From NCBI GenBank assembly GCA_020348925.1, contig CP070758.1, positions 3,983,688-4,047,687 on the forward strand: a stretch of 64,000 nucleotides of DNA, written 5' to 3'. Positions within the stretch are counted from its first letter, which is position 1; each line of letters opens with the position of its first letter. Below the pieces are notes generated by a model. That model did not search any database. It worked only from the letters and a program-made list of their open reading frames with translations, and had not been told where the DNA came from. Positions 20,482-31,049 of the stretch are shown piece after piece. This stretch comes from Gemmatimonadota bacterium (GTDB lineage: Bacteria; JBHIER01; G020348925). The position numbers were made by a program, and so were the translations under genes.

Positions 20482-20682
20482 ATGCCAGTCGGACGCGTAA
20501 AATGGTTTAATGAACGTAAAGGATTTGGATTTATTGGACAGGAGTCTGGAGATGATGTCTTTGTCCACCATTCTGCCATTCAGGGTGAGGGCTTCAAGAC
20601 CCTTTATGAGGGTGAGGAGGTCGAGTTTGAGATCATTCAAGATCCTAAAGGCCTCAGGGCAGATAAGGTGGTGAAGTTATAA
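20482..20682 (+). CDS. cspA: Cold-shock protein (CspA family), 66 aa
   Basis: [15 protein letters not shown] (RNP1), DVFVHHSAI (RNP2); AAGGAGGTGA RBS. Confidence 0.95.
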   Translation: MPVGRVKWFNERKGFGFIGQESGDDVFVHHSAIQGEGFKTLYEGEEVEFEIIQDPKGLRADKVVKL

Positions 20683-20699
20683 ATCCGGCAAACAAAGTG

Positions 20700-20755
20700 A
20701 AAAGGGTCTCTTTATCGGATCATCACGACCAACCGGTAAAGAGACCCTTTTTTTA
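20700..20755 (+). terminator. Rho-independent terminator of csp
   Basis: AAAGGGTCTCTTTA...TAAAGAGACCCTTT followed by a T run. Confidence 0.85.
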
Positions 20756-21315
20756 TGCCCAATCGCGGGAGGGTGTCAATGCATCTTCGGCCGAAACCCC
20801 TTCCCTGCAACATGTAGCCTTGCGATTGTGACTGCGATGAGGGCTCAAAAAGTGTGCATTTCATCAATCGCTACCGTTTGCATTTTCCCCTCAGTTTTGT
20901 ACTACACAAATCCTGCCCTCTTATAAAATTCAAGAGCTCTGGGACGATCCTGTGTGCGGGTATGAAGCCAGAATCGGATCGGATTGAATTCCCATGCTGT
21001 CTCGATGATCCTGTTGAGAAAATTATTTCTTATTTTCTCGTTTGAAGAAAAGAGGGGAGAAAGCACTCCTGTCCGAGATGAATTTAGGTAAATCGAGCTC
21101 CGATTTAAATTTCTTTAAAAAACATGGAATCACCGCTCCAAGGAGCAGAGGGCTTCTTTTTTAGGTACAATGTAAAAAACCACTGCAAAATATCGGTTTT
21201 TTTTGAGAAATCGCATTTGCAGCAGATTCGGGTTTCGCATAGAGAGACCTTGTTATTCTTTATTATTAACGACTTAAACCGTTTTCATGCAGTTTTTATT
21301 GAAATCATTTTATTT

Positions 21316-21331
21316 TGGCACAAACATTGCA
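21316..21331 (+). promoter_or_regulatory. Sigma-54 (-24/-12) promoter of the pilin gene
   Basis: TGGCAC-aaaca-TTGCA, a consensus match about 65 nt upstream of the start. Confidence 0.8.
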
Positions 21332-21395
21332 TATTGTTAAGAAGTGGAGTGATGCCATCACGCGTAACCTCCGATTCAAAAGGCGGTGTGTGAGA

Positions 21396-21803
21396 GTGTT
21401 TGATTGGAAAAAAAGTCGAGATGGATTCACACTTATAGAGTTATTAATCGTGGTCGTTATCTTGGGTCTGTTAGCGGCCTTGGCAATACCTCGTTATACC
21501 TACACCTCTGGCAAGGCGAAAAAGTCTGAAGCCAAAACGATATTGAAACAACTCTTTCAACTGGAAATTTCCTACTTTCAGGAGCACGATCTCTATGTTG
21601 CGGGAGCGAACAAAGCGGCTCTTGTGGCCAGCAACTTGGGCTTTGAAGATCCGGGAGCCGACACACGGTATGATTATTCGGTCACCGTGGCTGGAAAGAC
21701 GTTTGTAGCCACAGCTATTGAAATTGGCGATGTTGACCAGGATGGAACTCCGAACGAGTCCCTCACGATGGATCAGGACGGTCTCGAGGGTGGCGACTGG
21801 TAA
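21396..21803 (+). CDS. Type IV pilin (prepilin with class III signal peptide)
   Basis: KKSRDG|FTLIELLIVVVILGLLAALAIP; KAKKSEAK..LK.L...E.SYF. Confidence 0.9.
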   Translation: MFDWKKSRDGFTLIELLIVVVILGLLAALAIPRYTYTSGKAKKSEAKTILKQLFQLEISYFQEHDLYVAGANKAALVASNLGFEDPGADTRYDYSVTVAGKTFVATAIEIGDVDQDGTPNESLTMDQDGLEGGDW

Positions 21804-21901
21804 CGATTTTTCAAAGATGTCGCAATATGGGTGGTGGTTTTTGACCTCCACCAATTTTTTTATTCTACCTGACCCCTTTTTTTAAAAAGAGAAAGAAAGA
21901 G

Positions 21902-23386
21902 TTAAGCCCTTCCCAAAAGCTCCTCCCGAATTTTCACCATAGCCAGGGTATCCTGCCCGCAATAGGAGATTAAATTGAGTCGGATTTTCTTTTTCTCTTC
22001 AGAGGGTGTCGAAGGTTCGATCATACGCATATATTCGAGGGATGCCTGTTCGCCTTCCTGGATGGCCAAGTCGTCGTAGCGCATATCGGGAACAAGAACC
22101 GGAAGCACCGATTTCAGGGAGAAGGAACCATGAAATTTGGGATGGTAGTAATGAGTCCTAACGATCGCACACAAGTCCTTCATCCGATCCAACGTGGCAA
22201 GCAGGGGCCCATGATAGTCGGGGAATTGTTCGGACAATCCTTTCAAAATATTTTTTTCATAATCGGTATAGATGAAGATAGTGCTCACCTGCCCCAGGGT
22301 TTCAAGCAAGCTGCGGATGAATTCTTCTCTGGGGTCCGTCCGCTCATCCCAGAGAAAATGTCTTGGCTCCAGACTGCCATCCTTAAAAAGAATATGGTCG
22401 GACCACTGAAATGGAATTGTCTGATACGGACTCGTGCCGGCATAGTAGGGAATAGTCGGACCCATTGTCTCGAAATCAAGGAAGTGAATCGGAAATTCAA
22501 TATCCGTCAGCTCGGTTTGGAGCGTCATGTCAACATGTTCCTCCTCCGTGATCACACAGGTGCGAACACGCTGTTGAAGCTCTGACAACGGGAAGGAATC
22601 CGGGATGTCCCGAATACTTAGGGTGCCGAGTTCTGCCAATGCATCCCATTTTGCTTGAGTTAAGCCGGGGAGTTCGATCACAGGATAGTCCGGAAGATCT
22701 TTGGCACAATGTGTCCGAAATTCGCAATTGTTCGATGGTTTGCATGAGAGAGACGGAATCATGTGAGGCGGTTCAGGTCTGGCAAGAATTTCTTTTTGTT
22801 TTGACAACTCGGATGGGATCTTGCTCTGAATTGAGACGACGTGATCTGTCAAATCTTGAAAATGGAAAAAATCGCGCACGTCAAGTTGGAAACCGTTGTA
22901 GACGTAATCTCCATTCAGATGCATGATGCACGTCTGGTTGATGTCCAATCCGGATCCCTTGAGGACATAATACTGAATACCCAGATCGTACAGATAATCT
23001 GCTTTGACTTTCACGCCTGATTTCACCTCGATGAGGTTCCAGCGATTCCTGTCGAATTTTTCGAGGATGTCAGTGCGTATCCGGATGTCGTCGTGGAGGA
23101 AAGCCGCCTGAAAGATGGCCGGCACATCCGAAAAGGTCATGGTGGCATTCGTCGTTCGAACGGCGTCCTCATGATGAACGTGATCTTCTTCGATAAGTTC
23201 TCCACCAGGATAAAGTTCCGTCGCCAGTCTGCCCACATCCTGACCGATCTCCATTCGAGCTTTTTGAGCCAGAGAGGACTCTCCGGCCAGAACAGGAGCG
23301 TAGCACTCAAACCACAACCGTAGCGGGCACTGCAACCCGGATAGAAAGCGGGATTTGGAGAGTGTCGGAGTTCCTTTTGAATACAT
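21902..23386 (-). CDS. DUF2779-type protein: Cas4/RecB-like PD-(D/E)XK domain plus an RNase H-like exonuclease domain
   Basis: LSKSRFLSGLQCP, TDIL...LIEVKS, C..C...C cluster, FLDFET, PYQTIPFQWS, GSFSLKSVLP, YCGQDT. Confidence 0.85.
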   Translation of the reverse strand: MYSKGTPTLSKSRFLSGLQCPLRLWFECYAPVLAGESSLAQKARMEIGQDVGRLATELYPGGELIEEDHVHHEDAVRTTNATMTFSDVPAIFQAAFLHDDIRIRTDILEKFDRNRWNLIEVKSGVKVKADYLYDLGIQYYVLKGSGLDINQTCIMHLNGDYVYNGFQLDVRDFFHFQDLTDHVVSIQSKIPSELSKQKEILARPEPPHMIPSLSCKPSNNCEFRTHCAKDLPDYPVIELPGLTQAKWDALAELGTLSIRDIPDSFPLSELQQRVRTCVITEEEHVDMTLQTELTDIEFPIHFLDFETMGPTIPYYAGTSPYQTIPFQWSDHILFKDGSLEPRHFLWDERTDPREEFIRSLLETLGQVSTIFIYTDYEKNILKGLSEQFPDYHGPLLATLDRMKDLCAIVRTHYYHPKFHGSFSLKSVLPVLVPDMRYDDLAIQEGEQASLEYMRMIEPSTPSEEKKKIRLNLISYCGQDTLAMVKIREELLGRA

Positions 23387-23794
23387 TCTCTTGTGGATTG
23401 TCCGTATTTCGGTTAAGGGGGATTCCCCCTTTCCTGAGGATCGGGAAATTTTTCGCGTTGCCTTTTATCGATAAGATTCCCGTCAGGTGATCGTACTCGA
23501 GAGCCATTCGTTCTCAATGGTAAAGAATAACAATTGAAATTAACTTCTTTTTTCTCGAAATGCAACTTTTATTGCACCCGGTGAAGGTGTTGAGAGGGAA
23601 AAGATTTTCCTCACCCCTCTCCCAGACGTGATAAGTGCTTCATGAGAATTGCAGTCCGGGTAAAGGGAAGGGTGTCTCCCTTCACCGAAAACATGATGTT
23701 GGGACGACACTGTAACCTGATTCTCCCTTTCGGAGTGCGGAGATTAGGAGGATTTCGCTGGTGTCCTTGGAAGGCTTGGTTTGTTCAACGAGTT

Positions 23795-23824
23795 TGAAAC
23801 TTTCAGAGTGAGTCAAGGTCTTAT
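23795..23824 (+). promoter_or_regulatory. Putative ECF sigma promoter, copy 1
   Basis: TGAAAC-N17-GTCTTAT; same motif and spacing occur before all three paralogs. Confidence 0.65.
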
Positions 23825-23907
23825 TTACTACAAAAAAGAAGAAAGAGACAAGATACGAAAGACCAAACAGCCGGAGTCAGGCAGTCGTAAGTCGAAAAGT
23901 AAAAAAT

Positions 23908-26448
23908 ATGCGATTGTTCTCCAGATATTTCGTACCCATCATTTTAATATGTGTCACGGCATTGACCGTCTCCCACTGCAGGAAGCGGAATAGCCAGCAG
24001 AAGATAAAGCTGGACAGCATCACTCTTCGCCAGTCCAAGGATTCCTCCGGATTGGCCACGACTCTCCAGATTCGACCTGAGAGCCGACGCTCCATTGCGA
24101 TTTTTCGTTTTGAAAATATTACTGGTGACAGAGAGCTGGACTGGATGCGAAGGGGGCTCACCCAGATGTTGATCACTGATCTGTCACAGTTCCGGTACCT
24201 GGACGTGCTGAGTGAGGAGGACCTCGCCGACATTATGGAGAGGATGGGGATTCCCGAGGATCGAGAGCTGGATACACAGCTTGCCGTGGCCGTGGCGAAG
24301 GAAGCCCGGTTGGAGACCGCGCTGGTGGGGAACTTCGTCAAAGTCGGAGAGGCCATCCGGATCGACACCCATCTGTATGATGCCCTCACGGGAAAGCTTC
24401 TCAAGGCCAACAGCGTCAGGGGAGAAGGGCTGGAGGAGGTCTTTACCATGGTGGACGAGCTCACCCAACGCCTCAGGGATGGTCTCAAGCCGACCCTGAG
24501 AGAGACTGTTGAGTTTGATAAGGATCTGGCCGATGTGACGACAAAATCCGTTGAAGCCTATCGCCTCTTGACCGAGGGTACGGGGCGTTATGAAAGCTGC
24601 CTCTATGAGGAAGCGGCTGACTACTTCGAAAGGGCAGTCGCTGCCGATACGACCTTTGCGACGGCCTATTGGCGACTGGCCCTCACATATACAAATCTTC
24701 ATAGACATGAAGATGCCCGGAAGGCCCTGGCCAGGGCTGTAGGGTTGGTCGATCAAATCTCTGAACGGGAGCGTCTCTATATCATGGCCCTCGATGCCGA
24801 TTTCAAGAGCGATCCCATAGAGATGGTTAAAATATACGAACAGATGGTCCGACGTTTTCCAAATGACAAGGAGGCGCACTATCGACTGGGGAGAAACTAT
24901 TCGAAACTCAGAAGATTTGACGAGGCCATCGCCCATTTTGAAACGGCCCTGGAGATTGATCACACCTATAAACTCGTGCTGACCCAATTGGGATATTCCT
25001 ATTGGTCACAGGGAATGTACGATAAGGCCGTGGAAACGTTCCGGAGATACATTGAGACAGCACCGGACGAGCCCAACGCCTATGACAGCCTCGGTGAGAT
25101 CTATCAACGGGCCGGTCGATTCAATGAGGCGATCCGTGAATTCAAAGAGGCGCTCAAACGGGAACCGGATCTCTATTTCCCATGGCACCATATGGGTGAT
25201 GCTTACAGGGATGAGGGGGCGTTGGATGAAGCTATAAAATGCTATCAGCGATATACAGACCTGGCTCCCAGTGATGCCATCAAGACGGATGGCTACAGGC
25301 ATGTAGGTGAAATTCATTGGATTGAAGGTGAATATGAAAAAGCGTTGGAGATGTTTCAAAAGGCGATGCAGGCAGTCCCGGATAATTTCTTCTTTGTTTC
25401 ACTCATTGCAGAACTGTACACTGATCAGGGGGATACGATCGGAGCGAAGATGTTTCTTGAGGAATGGTTCGAGAGTATGGGAAAGAAGGTTACGGATGAT
25501 GGCGTCATGAATAATCTCCTCGGCTTTGTGTACGCCTGTCTGGAAAACGATCTCCGTATCGATGAGCTCGAACCCTTTGTTGACAGGGCTCAGGCGGTAG
25601 CGCCCAACCCTCGCAGCAGAGCCAAGTGTACCTCGATGCGGGCGGCGGTTCGTCTCGAGCAAGGGGATACCGATTCCGCCCTGAACCTGTGGTTGGAAGC
25701 TTTGAGCCTTCCCCTTATTGAGACGCGCTGGGGTATTGAGGCGGAGATCATGACCATCTTCTCCCAAGCTATGGCCGACAGTTCTGCCGCTCGTGAAACG
25801 ATAGTGACATTTCATGAGAAGATTCTCGATATTGCAAGGGAGATTAATAATCCGAATATTAAGGCCACCGCGGAGTATCTTCTCTTTGAGTACTATGAGA
25901 GGATCGGTGACGGGGTCAGCCTGGAACGGGGACTGACGACCACAGGAACACCCCGTGAGTCGGACTGGTGGATCATCGGTCCCTTTGAGAATAAGGCAGA
26001 ATTTCATCGCCGATTCCCGCCGGAGCGGGAGATCAAGTTGTCCAAATCATATGAAGGGAAAGGGGGGAGGGTGCGGTGGGTGAGAGCCCAGGACGGCACC
26101 TTCGACGGATACATCGATCTGAGAGAATTAATGAAACCGGACACATGGGGTGTGACCTACGGATTTCTCTCCCTCCAAAGCCCGAGTGCACGACGGGCCC
26201 AGCTCCGTATCGGAACGGACGACGCCACGAAGGTATGGCTCAATGGAGAAGAGATTTGGGTGCGGAATGAACGTCGGACAGCGGTTACGGATAACGATAT
26301 CATTCCTGTGGAATTGGAAGAGGGAACGAATACAATCCTGATAAAAGTCTATCAGACAATTTCTGGATGGGGATTCTTTTTCCGTATTACAGATCCGGCG
26401 GGAAATGGTTTACGGGATATTACTTTTGGACCGCACGTCGCAAGTTGA
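23908..26448 (+). CDS. Putative lipoprotein: TolB-N/FlgO-like domain, TPR array, C-terminal PA14-like beta-sandwich (paralog 1)
   Basis: TVSHC signal, SIAIFRFEN...DWMRRGL..MLITDLSQ, TPRs, WWIIGPFEN...LRIGTDDATKVWLNG. Confidence 0.85.
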   Translation: MRLFSRYFVPIILICVTALTVSHCRKRNSQQKIKLDSITLRQSKDSSGLATTLQIRPESRRSIAIFRFENITGDRELDWMRRGLTQMLITDLSQFRYLDVLSEEDLADIMERMGIPEDRELDTQLAVAVAKEARLETALVGNFVKVGEAIRIDTHLYDALTGKLLKANSVRGEGLEEVFTMVDELTQRLRDGLKPTLRETVEFDKDLADVTTKSVEAYRLLTEGTGRYESCLYEEAADYFERAVAADTTFATAYWRLALTYTNLHRHEDARKALARAVGLVDQISERERLYIMALDADFKSDPIEMVKIYEQMVRRFPNDKEAHYRLGRNYSKLRRFDEAIAHFETALEIDHTYKLVLTQLGYSYWSQGMYDKAVETFRRYIETAPDEPNAYDSLGEIYQRAGRFNEAIREFKEALKREPDLYFPWHHMGDAYRDEGALDEAIKCYQRYTDLAPSDAIKTDGYRHVGEIHWIEGEYEKALEMFQKAMQAVPDNFFFVSLIAELYTDQGDTIGAKMFLEEWFESMGKKVTDDGVMNNLLGFVYACLENDLRIDELEPFVDRAQAVAPNPRSRAKCTSMRAAVRLEQGDTDSALNLWLEALSLPLIETRWGIEAEIMTIFSQAMADSSAARETIVTFHEKILDIAREINNPNIKATAEYLLFEYYERIGDGVSLERGLTTTGTPRESDWWIIGPFENKAEFHRRFPPEREIKLSKSYEGKGGRVRWVRAQDGTFDGYIDLRELMKPDTWGVTYGFLSLQSPSARRAQLRIGTDDATKVWLNGEEIWVRNERRTAVTDNDIIPVELEEGTNTILIKVYQTISGWGFFFRITDPAGNGLRDITFGPHVAS

Positions 26449-26579
26449 GTTTGAAGTTATGGGTTCTGAGTTACGGTCAAGCGGATTTTGGGGGATACAA
26501 CTGGGAAGAGAGAAAATGAACCTCTCTTTGTGTTGTTTTTGAATGAATTACGGTCCTCTCTGGCATCGGTCTTATTGCT

Positions 26580-26609
26580 TGAAACTTTTCCGTGAAGAGT
26601 AAGTCTTAT
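26580..26609 (+). promoter_or_regulatory. Putative ECF sigma promoter, copy 2
   Basis: TGAAAC-N17-GTCTTAT. Confidence 0.65.
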
Positions 26610-26716
26610 ATTGTAACAGTTGTAACAGATTCAGAGAAAAGTGATCAAATGCGTGAGACGAAAAGGTCTCGTTTTCAGTCGAAAAGTCGAAAGGTTTAAA
26701 AGTCAAAAAAGCGAGA

Positions 26717-29260
26717 ATGAAAACACTACTCAGAAACGTTGTTGTGTGGACGATGGTCCTGTCCACGACCGTCCTTTTCTCCCAATGTTCGAAGAGGGAT
26801 GGCCGGCAGAAGATTAAGTTGGACGGTGCAGCCGTGCGTGAAGCCAAAGCCTCCACCGGCTTGGCCACAACCATTCAGATTCAACCCGAAGAACGACGGT
26901 CGATTGGGGTCTTCTGTTTCGAAAATGTGACCGAAGATGAGGATCTGGACTGGATGCGACGGGGACTGATGGAAATGTTGATCACGGATCTGTCACAGTC
27001 CCGATATGTGGATGTGTTTGGCGAGCAAGGGCTTGCCGAGATTATGGAGAGGATGGGGATCACTGATCACCAGTCGCTGGGTGCAACCATGGCCATCTCT
27101 GTTGGACGGGAGGCGCGCTTAGAGACGGTGTTGGTGGGCGGGTTTGCCAGGATAGGGGAAACCATCCGAATCGACGTCCAGCTTTACGAGACACGGACCG
27201 GGAATCTGTTGAAGTCAGACCGGGTGGAATGTCGGGGGTTGGAGGAGGTGTTTCCCATGGTGGATGAGCTGACCAAACGGGTCAGAGACGGTCTGAGGCC
27301 AACCTTGAAGGGATTGGTCGAGTTCGACAAGGATCTTGCCGATGCCACCACGAGTTCCATCGAGGCATATCGATATTTTACCGAAGGATTGGAGCGGTTC
27401 GATAAGTATTTCTATGATGACGCGGCCGAGTACTTCGAGAGGGCGGTGGAGATCGACACGACCTTTGCGACTGCCTATGCGAGGCTCGCCATCTCCTACG
27501 CGGCACTATCCCGGGGGAGGGATACACGGAATACCTTGGCCAAGGCTGTGGCCTTGATCGACCGCGTCACCGAGAGAGAGCGGCTCAACATTATTGCTCT
27601 GGATGCCGAGTTGAACGGCGATTCGAAAAGGGTGCTCGAGACGTACGAGAAAATGGTTCAACTCTTTCCGAGAGACAAGGAGGCCCACTTTCGACTGGCC
27701 AACGTGTACAGCGCTTTCAGAAGATACGATGAGGCCATAAGGGAATATGAGGCGGCCCTGGAGATCGACAATACCTATATCCATCCGTATAATTTCCTGG
27801 GATATCTGTATGCCAGACGAGGGCAGTACGATAAGGGTGTGGAAACGTTGCGACAGTATATGGAGCTGGTCCCAGATGAGCCGAATCCCCACGATAGCAT
27901 CGGCGAGATCTGTCAGGAGGCAGGTCGCTTCGATGATGCCATCGATGAGTTTAAGAGAGCCTTGAAGCTTAAATCCGATTTTTATTTTTCTTGGGGACAC
28001 ATGGGCACGACGTACATGAATAAGGGGGAGTTCGATCAAGCCCTGAACGCCTTTCGTCGCTATATCGATGTATGTCCCAGTGGGTATCTCAAGTCGGACG
28101 GTATCCGGTCTGTTGGCGAAATCCAATGGGCCAGAGGTAAGTACAAAGAGGCTCTGAAAACATTTCGCGAGGCGTTGAAAGTCTATCCTGACAATTACTC
28201 TCTCGTTACCCTGATCGGTGACTTGTTCACAGAACAGGGCGATACATCGGAGACAAAAAAATTCCAGGAAGAGTGGTTTTGGAGCACCGGAGAAAGGATA
28301 CTGGAGGAGGACAATTTTGCTGTTGTCAGGTATTTTTTACAGACCTGTCTCGTGAACAACATCCATCCTGAGGAGTTGGATCCGTATCTTGATAAGATGA
28401 TGGAACTGGCCGAAAACGATTTAAACAGGGCACTCTGTACGTACTTGCAAGGCGTGGCCCGTTTGCAGGAGGGGCAAACCGACTCGGCCCTGGCCGATTT
28501 TCGAGAAGCCGTTCCACCCTTCTTCTCCCTGGAGACAAGACAGGGATTGTCTAGATTTTCGATGAAAAATATCTCTCAGGCCCTGACCAAGAGTACATTC
28601 GATCCGGAGGAGCGTCTAACATTTTACGGAGACCTGGTTGATCTTGGGCGTGAGATGGCCAATCCCACACTGGAAGCCAGTGCCAGATATCTTATTATGG
28701 ATTATTTCAAATCGACGGGGGACGATGAGGCGTTGGAGCGAGAGCTGAAAGCGACGGGGACCCCGCGTGAATCAGATTGGTGGATCATCGGTCCCTTTGA
28801 TAACAACAAAGGGTTTCATCACCGGTTTCCCCCGGAGCGAAGGATCAACCTGACGAAATCTTACAAGGGCAAGGGCGGAAAAGTTCATTGGAGGCAAGAA
28901 CAGGACAGCGTCTTAGACGGATACGTTGATTTGAAAGAACTGATCGATCCAGAAGTGTGGACTGTGGCCTACGGATTTCTTACGTTTGATTGCCCGACGG
29001 CCCGCCAGGCCCAACTTCGGATCGGGACGAATGAGGCGACGAAAGTCTGGCTCAATGAGCAAGAGGTTTGGGTGAGAAACTTACGGCGCGACGCCTTTTT
29101 TGACAGTGATATTGTCCCCGTGGAGTTGGCAGCAGGCACAAATACAATCCTCATCAAAGTGTGTCAGATAGTGGATGCTTGGGGGTTCTACTTCCGCGTT
29201 ACGGACCCACAGGGAAATCCTTTCGACGACATCACGTTCCTACCACAGATTGTTAGCTAA
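26717..29260 (+). CDS. TolB-N/TPR/beta-sandwich lipoprotein (paralog 2)
   Basis: FSQC signal; collinear with paralog 1 over its full length. Confidence 0.85.
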   Translation: MKTLLRNVVVWTMVLSTTVLFSQCSKRDGRQKIKLDGAAVREAKASTGLATTIQIQPEERRSIGVFCFENVTEDEDLDWMRRGLMEMLITDLSQSRYVDVFGEQGLAEIMERMGITDHQSLGATMAISVGREARLETVLVGGFARIGETIRIDVQLYETRTGNLLKSDRVECRGLEEVFPMVDELTKRVRDGLRPTLKGLVEFDKDLADATTSSIEAYRYFTEGLERFDKYFYDDAAEYFERAVEIDTTFATAYARLAISYAALSRGRDTRNTLAKAVALIDRVTERERLNIIALDAELNGDSKRVLETYEKMVQLFPRDKEAHFRLANVYSAFRRYDEAIREYEAALEIDNTYIHPYNFLGYLYARRGQYDKGVETLRQYMELVPDEPNPHDSIGEICQEAGRFDDAIDEFKRALKLKSDFYFSWGHMGTTYMNKGEFDQALNAFRRYIDVCPSGYLKSDGIRSVGEIQWARGKYKEALKTFREALKVYPDNYSLVTLIGDLFTEQGDTSETKKFQEEWFWSTGERILEEDNFAVVRYFLQTCLVNNIHPEELDPYLDKMMELAENDLNRALCTYLQGVARLQEGQTDSALADFREAVPPFFSLETRQGLSRFSMKNISQALTKSTFDPEERLTFYGDLVDLGREMANPTLEASARYLIMDYFKSTGDDEALERELKATGTPRESDWWIIGPFDNNKGFHHRFPPERRINLTKSYKGKGGKVHWRQEQDSVLDGYVDLKELIDPEVWTVAYGFLTFDCPTARQAQLRIGTNEATKVWLNEQEVWVRNLRRDAFFDSDIVPVELAAGTNTILIKVCQIVDAWGFYFRVTDPQGNPFDDITFLPQIVS

Positions 29261-29407
29261 TCCGGTATGACATAGCGGAGGAGCATGGGTGCCGAGGGGT
29301 AGCGATGAAAGAGCAGGACGTCGTGCCGCGCGGGTCACTCGTCTCAAGCCGCGGATTCTTGGAGATACTCAGAATACTCACCTGAGACGAGAAAGCGGCG
29401 ATCGTTC

Positions 29408-30613
29408 TTATGCCTCACTCGTCATGATGAAGAGCGGTTGCATTTCAAAACTTTTGTAAAACGGCCGCAGACGTTCGGTATTGTAATTTTTCTTGACGTT
29501 CACAATCTTCTTGGAACTTGTGACCACCTCGATGGGTACATTGTCATATCGTCCGTTCTTCAGCACGACGAGCCGCCCGTGAATTCCTTCCAAAATAAGA
29601 TCCAAGGCCAGATTCCCGTAGGCCATGGGGACGACGGAGTCGCAGGCGTCCGGATCACCCCCTCGTACGATGTACCCCAATTTCTGGCTGATGACATTTA
29701 TGGGTTTGCCGTTGTTGAATTTGGGTGAGAGCCCTTTCAATCTTACTGCTACAAGGTCACCGATGCCGCCCAATTTTGCGTGCCCATAGGCATCTCTGAC
29801 CGTATCCTGAAACACCATTTCACCGCCTTCGAACATGGCTCCCTCTGAGACCAGTACTATAGAATACTTACTTGGATTTTTGTAGCGATCCTCGGTGAGC
29901 AGTTCTGTGAGGTGTTCGATATTGAATTTGTACTCGGGAATGACGCACCTGTTCGCGGCACCGGCCATGGTCGGCAGCATGGCAGTGAAACCGGCGTAGC
30001 GGCCAAAAACTTCGAGAACCAAGAACCGTTCATGAGATCCCGCTGTTGTCCTCAGGCTATTTGTCATCATTATGGTCCTCGTAACGCAAGTGCTGAATCC
30101 GATGCAGTATTCCGTTCCGGGGACGTCGTTGTCCATGGTTTTGGGAATGGCCACAACTTTCACGCCTTCCTTATAGAGCCGCACACCGTAGCCGAGGGTA
30201 TCGTCACCACCGATGGGAATGAGGTAATCGACACCCAGAAAGTCCAGATTTTTAACGACCTCTGGTGTGAGATCGTTCGTTTCATGGGCGTATGTGTCCT
30301 GGAGGTGAGGAGGGACATTCGCTTTGGGGATATGACTGGGGCGGGTACGAGAGGTGTGCAGGAAGGTGCCGCCTGTCCTTCCGACTTTATTCACGATTTC
30401 TTCGGTGAGAATTTGATAGCTCTCGCTATTATCGACTTTCTTATCCCGTATCAACTCTGTGATACCGGCCCATCCTCGACGGAGCCCGATAACCTGATAT
30501 CCTTCGTGAATAGCCCGGAGGGTGACCGCACGGATGGCAGGATTGAGACCCGGCACATCGCCACCACCGGTTAGAATTGCAATAACACCTTTTTTCGTTT
30601 TTACGTTTGTCAT
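29408..30613 (-). CDS. pfkA: 6-phosphofructokinase (PfkA family), probably PPi-dependent
   Basis: GGGDVPGLN, GGTFLHTSR, IGGDDT, PKTMDND, EVFGRYAGF, LGYIVRGG. Confidence 0.92.
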   Translation of the reverse strand: MTNVKTKKGVIAILTGGGDVPGLNPAIRAVTLRAIHEGYQVIGLRRGWAGITELIRDKKVDNSESYQILTEEIVNKVGRTGGTFLHTSRTRPSHIPKANVPPHLQDTYAHETNDLTPEVVKNLDFLGVDYLIPIGGDDTLGYGVRLYKEGVKVVAIPKTMDNDVPGTEYCIGFSTCVTRTIMMTNSLRTTAGSHERFLVLEVFGRYAGFTAMLPTMAGAANRCVIPEYKFNIEHLTELLTEDRYKNPSKYSIVLVSEGAMFEGGEMVFQDTVRDAYGHAKLGGIGDLVAVRLKGLSPKFNNGKPINVISQKLGYIVRGGDPDACDSVVPMAYGNLALDLILEGIHGRLVVLKNGRYDNVPIEVVTSSKKIVNVKKNYNTERLRPFYKSFEMQPLFIMTSEA

Positions 30614-31049
30614 CGTAAGACCTCCGTGTTCATTTCATGACAGTGCTTTTTGTTGGGACATTCTTTGAAGTGTTCTGTGTCCCGGGGTCTGAACGTCTTT
30701 CTCCCCTGGTAATTCTTAAAAATACCAAAGCCAAGGCCAATGTCAAGGGATTTCTATTCTTCAGATAGGACCGATATCAGGGGACATCTGTTCTTCAGAG
30801 TGAAGGATGTAGCGGGGGGTAACGGGGCGCGGTGGAACAGAGAAGTGAGGTGCCGAGGAGGAAGGAAAAATTGATGGGGAGGAGACAGGAGACGCAAGAG
30901 AGGATACCGGAGACAGGACGTGGCAGGGGGAGGAGGTGAGGTGAACGAATGCAAGAGTATGGGCGCTAAGAAGAAGAAAAAACAGAGAAAAACACCACCA
31001 ATCGGCATCGGATAGCACCCCTCAAATCTCCAGCATCTGCCTTTTTAAT

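Noticed and set aside
21902-23386. CRISPR-Cas (Cas4-like domain)
   Set aside because: No repeat-spacer array or other cas genes in the window
23575-23690. Imperfect inverted repeat CGGTGAAGG...CCTTCACCG
   Set aside because: Short and degenerate with no second copy; cannot be supported as an element
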